A stretch of 64,000 nucleotides of DNA from Eledone cirrhosa. Taxonomy: Eukaryota. Positions 53,001 to 64,000 of this stretch are shown piece by piece (positions within the stretch are counted from its first letter, which is position 1; every line of letters starts with the position of its first letter). The translations under genes and the position numbers were made by a program. Where the stretch lies: positions 75,578,001 to 75,642,000 of the forward strand of contig OZ024740.1 of assembly GCA_964016885.1 (NCBI GenBank), written 5' to 3'. The notes under the pieces are model-generated. The model had not been told where the DNA came from. It saw only the letters and a program-made list of their open reading frames with translations, and did not search any database.

Positions 53001-55367
53001 GACCTATCTATTTCCCTACAAAATACTCTATCTAGATATGATCTGGATGACCCGATGCGATTTGTCCAAGTCCACATTGGCACATTCGGGAAATCTAATT
53101 GGTACCTGTCAGACAGTTCAAAATGCCTGAGCAGGTTGGTGAGGCTCTTGCACCCTCCTCCCCTATCCGCTAATCCCACACAGTCCCAGCGTGCATCTAA
53201 GATCCCGTTCCAGTCGCCCACTAACACTAAAGAGCGGAACGTTCCTAGAAAGGTCTCCAGACGCCGGAAGAAATCAGGCCGCCCTGCTCCATAGACGGCC
53301 ACTAGCCTGAAAGCTTGCCCTTCTCCGTTGGTCATGTCCAGCACCACCAACTTACCTTCTGGGTCCAGGAAGATGGCCCGTATGGCGAGATCCAAACCTC
53401 TCCGAAAAAGCACAGCAACTCCTCTCCTCGATCCAGGACGGCTGGGAGATGCGTACACATCGTAGCCGCTGAAGATCGGTGTGAAGGCCCGTGCTTCGGA
53501 GATTCTGGTCTCGCTGATGGCCACTACATCTATGTTTAGTGACCTGAGGTCGTTGAGCAGGTGGCCCTGCTTCCATGATGACCCCAAGCCTCACGCATTT
53601 ATGCTGCCTATTCTGAGTGAGGTCATGTTGAAATGGATGGGAAAGACCACTTACCTTACTTCTCGCAGAGGAAGGATGGTTTCTCCATCCCTTTTCACTT
53701 GATCGTCTGGTGAAGGGACCGTTGAATCGTCCCTTCGGCTGGTCGTCAGCTCTTCTGTGAGTATATCCGAATATACTCTCCGGTTGAGTGTCCCTGCTAG
53801 GTCTCTGAAATCACCAACTGCGTTGGGGAATTTCGTTTTAATGTTTGTGTATTGTTTCTGTGCTATTCTTACCAGTCTTATGTTCGTTGGTGTTTTGATT
53901 GGTGCTGGTATTATGTAGTCGTGCTGTGAAATGTTTGTGTGTTCAATTATGTTAGTCATTAGTTTCTTGTTGTGTGTATTTATTGCTGTGCATTCGTTTT
54001 TCTGGGGGTGGGGGTGGTTCTGCTATTTCCTTGTCGTTGTTGCTGGGTGTGTGTGTTTTGTTGTTGTGTTTGCGATGTTGGTGCTTGTGGTGGTGGTGTT
54101 GAAGGTGTTATTGTTGTTGGCGGTGGGGTTGCTGCCGGTGGTGATGGTGGTGCTAGTGTGGGTGGTGATGGTGTTGGTGGTGTTGCTGCTGTAAGCCTCT
54201 TTGCAGTAGTGTAGCCTTTACCCTTTTTTCGTTTCTTTCCTCCCTTTTCGAAGGCGATGATGCGCTGCTTCTGCGTTTGTGCCTTCTTGCAACCTTTTGC
54301 CATCCCTCTCCCACCTCACACTCCATGTCCGATTCTGTGAGGTCGGGGATGGGTACCAGCTCCACTCTTTCACTTCTTGTTGTTGGTGATGTTTGTAGTG
54401 GAGTCTCTGTTGCAGCTGCAGTTGGTATTGCTGTTGTTGTTGTTGTTAATACTTCTACTGCTGCTGTTGTTCTTGATTTCCGTGGCGTGGGTATGGGTGC
54501 CACGGACCTATCCTTCCTGGTTACCGCCTGTCCTGTTGCTGGTAGCAGTGGAGCCGGTTTCGGAAGGAGGTGGGTTTTCTCCTTTCTCAGGGTGTTCTCA
54601 TTGCAGAAGGCCCTGAGGTGAGTCTTTGATCCACAGCGAAAGCATTTCAGGCGTTTTCCCTCAACACTTATGGGCAGTTGAGTGCCGTTATCGAAGTCTA
54701 TCACATCCGGAATAGCTTCAATGCACTCCTGGTTCGTTTGGATTAACATCTCAATGGAGGTGCCGACCCAATCTTCTCGTAGTTTTTACTGTACTTGCAG
54801 TACAGTTGTTTTGTCCTCGATTCCGACGAGGACAGACGCGGCCAGCCAAGAAGGGGCCATCCCGGGGAGGACATGGGTCAGTTTGACCCTCACAATTTTT
54901 TGTCCGCAGTAGGAGGGCACCAACACCATTTCCTCGCTCCTTAGGGTCACTAAGGATTGAGCCTTTGCCTCCTGGGGTGTGGCAAAAAGTACGTCCACAG
55001 TGGCATATTTATTGCCTCGGGTGATATGCGTTTTCTGCTGCCACACAGACCCTAAGGCTTTTTGTATTTGAGTCTCTGTGGCTCTTTCAACCCTATGGGA
55101 TTTTGTGCTTACTGTACGGTACGTGACCGTACAGTGCTGTTGGGTTTCGAAAAATTTTTCGGCTGCCTTGCACATTGCTCGGTGTCCGGTTTTTGTCACC
55201 ATCTTCTTCGCTTCCTGTAATTCCTCATTTGTTATAAGGATGGTTTCCAGGTTCTTTGCGATACCTGAAAACGAGATTGGTTTTTCTTTGTTGTTGTTGT
55301 CGTCAGAGCTGCTGTTACTTTTGTTGTTGCTGCTGGTACTACGACTGCCGCCGCCGCTGTTGCTGTG

Positions 55368-55398
<31 letters not shown>

Positions 55399-55988
55399 TT
55401 GCTGCTAATGCTGTTGTTGTTTATGCTGCTGCTGATGCTGTTGCGGCTGCTACTGTTGTTTTTCTTGTCACTGTTGCTGCTGCTGCTGTTATTACGGCTG
55501 CTACTGTTATTATTCATGACGTCAGACGAATGAAATGGCTTTCCGTATTTACCGCACACATTTTTCGTCGTTGTCGTCGTCGTGGAGAAATGTTCCACGT
55601 TTTGCATGTGATCTTGGAAACTATCAGAAACTAAATTTTTCTTTTTCTTTACTGGAGTCGCTTGCGAAAGAGAAGGGAGGGAGAGAGACAATCTTCTCTC
55701 TGGTGTAGTGATGATTGAGGAAGAAGAAGACGGAATGAGTGGGAGTGACTTATGAAAATTCTTTTTTGTAGCCATGTTTTTTTGGTTTAAAATAAATATT
55801 GGGCACAAAACCCCAATAAGCGGTTATTTAACCCCGAAGGGCCAAATAACGGGCAGAAAGACCCCTCTCACGAGGAGGAGGGTGTTTTTGTCTACAATTT
55901 GGTTAAAGTTTTAAACAATTTACAATTGTTATAGTGGTTAAAATTTACTATACCTTACAGAGCCGAGCCTCCGTCAACCATGGCATTC
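50057..55988 (-). mobile_element. Near full-length Tx1/L1-clade retrotransposon, pseudogenised
   Basis: ORF1 with CFRCGSKTHLRAFC zinc knuckle; ORF2 from ATG 53626 (MTSLRIGSINA*GL) with APE (ISET, GDWN, YLDR, TDHK), RT (FRPITLLN, QGCPLS, YADD) and CPRC..H...C finger ending 50247; 3' UTR with AATAAA; (AAT)n at both ends. Confidence 0.93.
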
Positions 55989-56009
55989 AATAATAATAAT
56001 AAAAATAAA

Positions 56010-56831
56010 CCGAGACTGAACGACTGATTATATCAGCACAAGATCAGTGTCTGCCAATTACCAAGCCAACATAATAAAAAATGGATGCAACCCATTGTGC
56101 CGTGTATGTAAAAAACAACCAGAGACCATTGATCATATAATCTCAATGTGCAGTCCTATAGCTCCAACCGAATACCTAAACAGGCATGACAGATCTGCAC
56201 AATACATACATTGGATAATGTGTAAGCATTTTGACCTGCCCTATCAAAAGAATTGGTGGGAGCATCAACCACCTTCCATACTTGAAAAAGATCACATCTC
56301 AATCTTGTGGAACTTTAGCATCCAAACATACCGAAAAATAGATGCAAATAAACCTGATATAATACTGAAGGACTTTAAAACGAGGGTATGCCTGCTAATT
56401 GATATGTCTGTTCCAATAGACAAGAATGTATCTATAAAAACATTTGAAAAATTGAGCAAGTATAAGGACCTGGAGATAGAAATTGGAAAAATGTGGAAAT
56501 TGAGAACTAAAACAATACCAGTGGTTGTAGGCACTCTAGGAATGATACCTAAGGGGTCTAATGATTACTTATCGGAAATCCCAGGAAACCCGCGTATAGG
56601 AGAAATACAAAAGATAGTACTAATGGAAACTGCCCATATACTAAGGAAGATTCTGTCAATATAAGTACATCACAAGTCTAAATATCTAAAGATGCATGTG
56701 TGTGTATGTATGTTCTTTTTTGAACATGGCGGACCTTGTTGTCTCTTGAGATCACTGGTTGTGACTTGGTGATAACTAGTATGAACATAAAGCAAGATAA
56801 ATGCAACTATAATAATAATAATAATAATAAT
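56010..56831 (+). mobile_element. Shorter copy of the same Dong-like element
   Basis: Nearly identical to 57957-58778; starts after an AAT-rich tract and ends in (TAA)n. Confidence 0.92.
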
Positions 56832-56832
56832 A

Positions 56833-56930
56833 TGTGGGGTGGGGGACTGAGTGGTGGTGGACTGAGGTGACTTGGGGTGGTCTGGGGTGGTTTGGGGGTG
56901 GTTTGGGAGGTTCTGGGGTGGTCTGGGGGT
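56833..56930 (+). repeat. G-rich ~11-bp repeat (TGGGGTGGTYT) with G-quadruplex potential
   Basis: Eight runs of 3-5 G within about 100 nt. Confidence 0.6.
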
Positions 56931-57055
56931 AAATTTGGCTTTCTGTTGCAAAGCATTTAGTTCAATGCTCTACTGATACTGTCAATCCATTACAAATATT
57001 AATACACCTACCATCCCTGTCACTACCACAATGTTATATGCTTGGACAATGTTGG

Positions 57056-58778
57056 AATCACTTGTTCTACATGAATGACCTGAAATTATTTGCAAAAAAT
57101 GATGAACAATTGCAAGGGCTATTATCCACTGTGAAGCAGTTCAGTGATGACATTAAAATGGAGTTTGGACTAGTTAAATGCGCCAAAGCAACGTTCACCA
57201 GAGGAAAGCTGCTGAAAAGTTCAGACATTAATCTTGATCGGGGGAATGTGATAAGAGAACTTGATCAAGAGGAAACTTACAAATATCTAGGTGCTTGTGA
57301 AGGAGACGGAATCAAGCACTCGACAATGAGGGAAAGGATAAGGAAGGAATGTTACCGCAGACTAAGAACAATCTTAAGAACAGAATTGAATGCAAGGAAT
57401 AGGATCGATGCCATAAACACGCTTGCCATACCAGTAGTAACCTACAGTTACAATGTCATCAACTGGTCAAGCACAGAGATCCGTAGGCTCGATACAAAAA
57501 TTCGAAAATTCTTAACCATGCACAGAATGCATCACCCTAAGGCAGATACAGATAGAATATATCTCCCTAGGAAAGAAGGAGGACGTGGGTTAATCCAGTT
57601 AGAGATTGCGTTGAAAACTGCAACAATTGGATTATCTACATATCTAAGGGAATCACATGATTGGATGATCAAACACGTTTTGAAACACGAAAGCATCAAA
57701 AGATCATACTCCATTACAAAAGATGCACAAAGATACAGAAACGGACTACAAATCTCAGAAGTTCTATTTACTGCTGAAATGAAAAACATTGAAAAAGCAA
57801 AGCAGGTAAAAGTAACTGCAAAGAAAGAACTGCTACAGAAACTGGCTAAGAAATGGCAAGAAAAGCCTCTGTATGGAAAATACCCAGAAAGAGCTAACAA
57901 TCCTGATGTTGACAAAACTTTAACCCATCAGTGGTTGGCATCCTCTGGCCTGAAATCGGAGACTGAAGGACTGATTATATCAGCACAAGATCAATGTCTG
58001 CCAACAAAAAATTACCAAGCCAACATAATAAAAAATGGATGCAACCCATTATGCCGTGTATGTAAAAAACAACCAGAGACCATTGATCATATAATTTCAA
58101 TGTGCAGTCCTATAGCTCCAACCGAATACCTAAACAGGCACGACAGATCTGCACAATACATACATTGGATAATGTGTAAGCATTTTGGCCTGCCACATCA
58201 AAAGAATTGGTGGGGGCATCAACCACCTTCCATACTTGAAAAAGATCACATCTCAATCTTGTGGAACTTTAGCATCCAAACATACCGAAAAATAGATGCA
58301 AATAAACCTGATATAATACTGAAGGACTTTAAAAAGAGGGTATGCCTGCTAATTGATATGTCCGTTCCAATAGACAAGAATGTATCTATAAAAACATTTG
58401 AAAAATTGAGCAAGTATAAGGACCTGGAGATAGAAATTGGGAAAATGTGGAAGTTGAGAACTAAAACAATACCAGTGGTTGTAGGCGTTCTAGGAATGAT
58501 ACCTAAGGGGTCTAATGATTACTTATCGCAAATCCCAGGAAACCCGCGTATAGGAGAAATACAAAAGATAGTACTAATGGGAACTGCCCATATACTAAGG
58601 AAGATTCTGTCAATATAAGTACATCACAAGTCTAAACACCTAAAGATGCATGTGTGAATATGTGTGTCCTTTCTTGAACATGGCGGACCTTGTTGTCTCT
58701 TGAGGTCACTGGTTGTGACTTGGTGATAACTCGTATGAACATAAAGCAAGATAATTGAAATAATAATAATAATAATAA
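57056..58778 (+). mobile_element. 5'-truncated R4/Dong-like RLE retrotransposon
   Basis: Open 526-aa frame: NHLFYMNDLK, YKYLG, EGGRGL, CRVC...HIISMC, RHD, KPDI..D....D; (TAA)n tail. Confidence 0.92.
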
Positions 58779-58874
58779 TTGTTTCTACTTTTGGCACAAG
58801 GCCAGCAATTATCCCAGTGTATTACTGGTACTTTATTTTATCAACCCTGTAAGGATGAAAATAATAATAATAAT

Positions 58875-61776
58875 GATTTCATTTATTGGCCACAAGGGCC
58901 AACATGTAGGGGACAATAGAAAGACAGGGACAGTGGGGGTTTACAATAAGGTTGAGTAAAAGTGCACAATGGCTAGACTAATTTAACAATGAAGATATAC
59001 AAATATAAAATAAACTATGCATAAATATAACAAAATAAATAAATTCCTCTATCGGGGGTGGGCGACCCAGGGGTGACTCAGGTACCCCACCAATCCTGAA
59101 CCACCCTGCGCTTCTAGGGCACCCAGGGAGAGCACCCTTCTCCTCAAGTTAGCTAGCCTATAGGCGCATGGTCAGAGTAGGCCCATTCATACGTGCCATT
59201 TTCACCACATTCATCCACCTTTGAGCAAATGTACTGGGAGGGGGGGGGGGGCAGCACTTCTCTCTCCAGCCTCACCTTCTTTTCCAGGTGAAACTTGAAG
59301 AAGTTGATGAGGGATTGGCCGAAGAGAAAAGTGTCCGTCTTCAGTCCTTTCAATCTGGTCCACCATATAACTTCTTTCACAACTGCCACCAGACAGAGAA
59401 AAATTTCCTGCTCTTCCTGACCAAAGGAAGGCGGGGGGGTCGATCTTCACTATGGACTCAGCCGATAGCCGGATCCGTTCTATACGCGACAGTAGCTGTT
59501 TGACATAACTCCACAAGTCAGTATGCACGGACATTGGATAAGTGCGTGCAGAACAGTTTCGTCGCTCTGTGCGCATCTTGGGCAGGTCCGTCTGACAGCA
59601 CTTCCGTGCCTGTAGAGTTTATCTCAAACCAGCAGTGCCCCCCGATAGCACTGCCAAGCGAGGTATTTCTGGAAATTGTCCATCGTCCCCGGCTTGAAAG
59701 TCCTCCAGAACAGACTGGTCAGTTCGACTTCGTCAAGGCCCAAAGCCTCTCCAAGTGCGTCATCGCACTTGCCCACCACTAATCCTCTATAGAACTCGAA
59801 AGTGGAAGTTCCACTGATCGCATTGCCCACTTGGTAGAGGGCAGTGAGTGCTTGGCAACATTCCAGGTGCCAGTCACCCAGTCTCGGTCTCTTCTTGACC
59901 TAGGACTGCAGCTCAGTCAAAGAGATGAGCTGCGGAAAGGCCCGTCTGATAAATGGTGTTCACCGTTTATGCAGAATATCTGGAGATGCTGCAGCCTCAG
60001 CGCAGCGCATGTCTGCACATCATTAGCCACAGCATGCCCAGCTCTCTGCATAGAAGGTGCTGGCAGAAGATGGACCGCTTCAACAAAGGGACCTGTCCCC
60101 TCCACAAGAATTTGAAGAGGAGCCGTTCCAACTTGGCAAGGCACGACGGTCAGGCGGTAGTAGATGACAGACGCGATGTACGCATTTGCTACCTTCACCT
60201 GACCTTTCAGTGATAGCTTCCTCGCAGCCCATTTATGGGTGAGACTGGCTACCCTGCTCGTTACCTCATCCCAATTATTATCCACCCGGAGATCTCGTCC
60301 GAACCAAACCCTAAGCAACTTTACCAGTCCGTCCGTCCAGTGGCCATTGACGCTGTTGGACAACATGGACTTGCCTCTCCAGGTGCCGAGTTGCAAGCCC
60401 ACCAACTTTTTCGAGGTGTCCGACACTATCACGGTGATGTTGTCCGCATAAGCCGACACAGCCTTTCCATATCCTGGGATGCCCTGCAACAGCTCCATCT
60501 TCCACAGTAAAGGCTTGAGAGTTAATACGTACAGAAGGGAACCAATCAGGAGATTGGTTCCGAGAGGTGGCCATTAATCTTGACTACTGAGCAGATGCCA
60601 CTGTGCATTGCAGCGATCTAGCTGCTGAAGACAGGGCTGAAGCCAGCTGCCTTGAGGACAGCCTCCAGGTACCGATGGTCGACTCTATTGAATGCTTTCA
60701 ATTAATCTAAATTGATCAGAGCCCCACCAAAGCCAGGTTTACACCCTACCCTCTCTATGATGTACCACATGAGGTGGAGGTTGTTGTGTATGGATCTGGT
60801 TGGGATTGCGCAAGTTTGCGCCTCCCCAACCAAATCCTCAACGACAAGCGCCAACCTTGGCCAAAATCTTTAACTCTGTGTTGAGCAGAGTTATGGTCTT
60901 GAAGTTGTCTAATGTGTCCCTCTTGTTCTCATCTTTACTTATCAGCGTCACTACGACCTGGCTCACAGAACTGGGAATAATCTTGTTCTGCTGCCAGTTG
61001 CAGTAGTGCGTTTTGAGATCGGAGAACAAGTCTGGCATATTTATGTAAAGCTCGTAGGGCAGACCATCCAAACTGGGTGACTTGCGCCTCATGCAGCTGA
61101 CAAGGGCATCCTGAATTTCGGTTGAAGTAATCGGCCTTTCGCAGCGTTCAGCATCGGTCATCTGACCTGCCACTCTCCCTGAACAACCGAGCAAAGTGCT
61201 GGCAAAAGGCCTCACACATCCACTTGGAAACGCTCAGCTCGTGTCCGTCTCAGTCTGTCAAAGATCGAATTGTGGTTTTATTCCCACGCTGCTCCTCTGC
61301 CACATGGGCCCATCAAACAGCTTTGGTTCTCTCGTTTCTCAGAGCACGTGCCTTAGGTCTGACAATGCAACCTTTGTGCTTCGCATTGAAGAAATGGCCT
61401 AATGCCATTCTTGCCGTTAGCACTTCAGTTGCAATGCCACTACAAATAGCCTTGTCTAACTTAGCTACCAGCTCCCCCTCCTTTCTATTTTCCTCTAACG
61501 CTACTTCGAAGTTACTCTAATCTCTCTTTTGAGAGTCCCCCACCATCTGTTGTTGACGATCCCCCCTGTCAACTTTTGTGTAACTAAATTGTTGACCTGG
61601 TCCACGTAAGCCTTACGTGCCAGAAACGACATGTTCAGCTTCCAGTAACCAGTTCCTAACCTACGCATCTTATCGAGGTCGACCATACAGATCACAAATT
61701 TGATCTCTGAATAGGCGACCGTTTTAAAAAGTGGACAGCTTACACTATTTCTAGCTATTTTCCTAACGAAATTCCT
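58875..61776 (-). mobile_element. 5'-truncated, more decayed Tx1 copy of a related family
   Basis: GYWKLN, DGLPYELY, ITLLNTELKILAK, AYADN, AWQCYRGAL; similar 3' end; (AAT)n at both junctions. Confidence 0.9.
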
Positions 61777-62029
61777 AATAATAATAAGCACTACCAGCAT
61801 CATCATCATCATCATCATAATATTTAGGTGATAGTGTTTCAATATGTGTGAAGAATTGTTCCGTAAGTTTGTGGCGTTTTCACCATGTTTGAAAACGTTG
61901 TTTTTGTTAAATTTGATACTGTTTTATGGTTGATTTTTGGTTTTAGTTTATCTGTGTCCATTAAAGGTTAAATCAGCATTTAATCCCATTTTCAACTTGA
62001 AAATTTTACTTTAAAAAACATGGCAGATG

Positions 62030-63935
62030 AACCAATCCCATCCGGTGGATGGAAGGGCCAAACACCTGTAGAACATGCTACCAACATCAAAAGGAGTATT
62101 TGAAAAAGACTTACCAGCATTGAAACAAAGTGGCAATGTCACTATTACTATTACAAAAAAAAAAACAAAAAAACCAACACAGCCAATAATCACAACACAC
62201 CGCTACTAGCACCTGTACCACTAAAAACAACAGAAAACAAGAACAATGACAAGAACAGCAATAACAGCACAAACAACAACAACAAAAACACATTTGCAAC
62301 CACGTTGCCAAAACTACTACTAAATGGACTTATATGACATCATCGAGGGCAAAAAGCCTTGATGTCATCTGTGTGGGTTTAGTAACTGCCTAAGAGCTTT
62401 CTGCCCTCAACAAAAGACAGCTGGGAACTGTAAAACCTCATTGCTACCAACACCAAAGTCCCAATCACAAGAAAGACACCAACTCCAACAGCAGTACCAA
62501 CAGTGGCAGCAGCACCATCTCCACCAAAGGCATCACTTAAAGAAACACCAGCAGCAAGGAGCATGAACAAACCCACCTCGGGGGAAGAGGGGAGGGGATG
62601 TCTCCCAACTCAGCTCTCCTTCTCCCTCTCCCACTCCTTTAAACAGACACACACAGACACTCATGTTCACACAAACCCATTTCCACCCATATTCGAGTCA
62701 GAACTTTCAGACATTGGTACCACCTTGTCTCGCAGTGAAGATCAGAGGCAACCCCCAAAATGAAACAAACAAAAAAAGAGAGACAAAAAAATAGAAAAAA
62801 AACATCAACTCCAACTCCAGAAATTAAATACATCCACCCAAACCAAACACTGACACATCTACAACAACAAAAACTCCACCACCACTATCAACAACAACAA
62901 CACCACAACCACAACTACTCTCAGATTTCAATTAATCATTCCCCTTCCCACTGTTTATTAATTTTTCAGATTTTTTCCCACTCACCCCTGCTTATTAAAT
63001 TTTCAAGCGAAATTTTGATTTAAGTGGTAGCATTCCTGCAACAATTAATTTTCTTTAGACATTAAAAAACATTCAACATGACAAAAAAGTACATTACTAG
63101 AAATCCCATACATTATAAAATAAATAAGATGGGTTGGGGGTCTCAATATGTAAACTAAATGACTAATTCTGGTTTAAAAAAAAACCAACGGAGACAACCT
63201 AGAAAAATTACAGATTTTCCTTTTCCACTCTCCCCTCTTATTACAACCACCCCCACCTCTACAACAAAATGAAAATTTGCAAAAGAACAACACAAACACA
63301 TAGACATAGTAACTGATCACACATACACCAAACATTGTGCTAGTGAGGAGATCAAATGATAAACTCATGTCCTTCATAGAGCAAAACAAAAACATAGAAT
63401 CATAGAAAAGCTCCAATACCAGCATGAAGGTGCCACAAAATTTCAAAATAATAAGAATGTTTCTAGAAACATACAAAATTTCGAGGAAGAGCTTCCCATA
63501 TGACACAGAGGCCTCAAGTGTGAAAGCAACCATCTGCTACGTAACCAGAGTAAATGTCAACCTATTGGAATCCCTTCAGATCATGTGCTCAGTTTGTCAA
63601 GGATGCCCTCTTACATCCCTTTTATATATGCTGATTCTCGAGTCACTACTTTGGAAGCTGAAGCTTTTCATGAGCAGCCTGCACAAACCAGGACATGGAA
63701 GGGCTACATTGACATATGCCAATGTCACTGAGATGATGTCAAACACTTCAGAAATAGAGGAGGTTGGCAACTTTTTAAAGAAATACGAAAATTTGAAGGG
63801 AGCAAAAATTAACCGGGACAAGTAGTGGGTTTGCAGCGCAGCTCCTGAAGAGGCAAATTCATACTGTTCAACAACGTTGTCTGATACTGGACAAACAGAT
63901 CAGTTAAGTTGCTTGGGGTCTGGTTTGATCCATTC
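62030..63935 (+). mobile_element. Highly decayed Tx1-like fragments (ORF1 knuckle region and RT)
   Basis: IEGKKP*CHLCG near 62345 (compare VEGKRLKCFRCG); QGCPLTSLLY, GAKINRDK, VKLLGVWF at 63590-63930. Confidence 0.6.
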
Positions 63936-64000
63936 TGTAACACTTATTAGCCCTCTTCCTACAACTGTGCATTTCATATACAGCTGATTTACACTTGCAT

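Noticed and set aside
57038-58618. 526-aa ORF as a domesticated host gene
   Set aside because: Starts mid-RT with YMND in place of YMDD, keeps the element 3' UTR and (TAA)n tail, and has a near-identical partial copy 1 kb upstream; best read as a young truncated insertion.

Overview
AT-rich, repeat-dense animal genomic DNA. The SINE, LINE and microsatellite content suggests an octopod cephalopod (inference, not a database match). Three spliced genes can be rebuilt by hand with GT-AG junctions and consistent reading phase. PIH1D2 is on the minus strand (5 coding exons, 23140->5041, 331 aa). NKAPD1/C11orf57 is on the plus strand (4 coding exons, 32901->38810, 335 aa), head-to-head with PIH1D2 across an ETS-motif promoter near 27.2-27.8 kb, as in human 11q23. 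The last three exons of RSPH1 are on the minus strand (49977->41504). Introns hold decayed RTE, R4/Dong, HERO, CR1 and Tx1 LINEs, a non-autonomous LTR element, a mariner, nested MITEs, a Helentron-like element and tRNA-SINEs. The most notable unannotated signals are: (i) dispersed type-I hammerhead ribozyme motifs in short (TA)n-flanked Penelope/retrozyme-like modules, one nearly canonical at 5747-5822; (ii) fold-back hairpins, one built from such a module; (iii) a nest of APE-type (Tx1) and RLE-type (Dong) retrotransposons with most junctions in (AAT)n; (iv) a PHD finger inside an RTE reverse transcriptase; (v) oppositely oriented pentamer arrays, one interrupting a transposon ORF. Most ORFs in the supplied track are repeat artefacts. 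Repeat boundaries are approximate and all identifications come from recalled family motifs.
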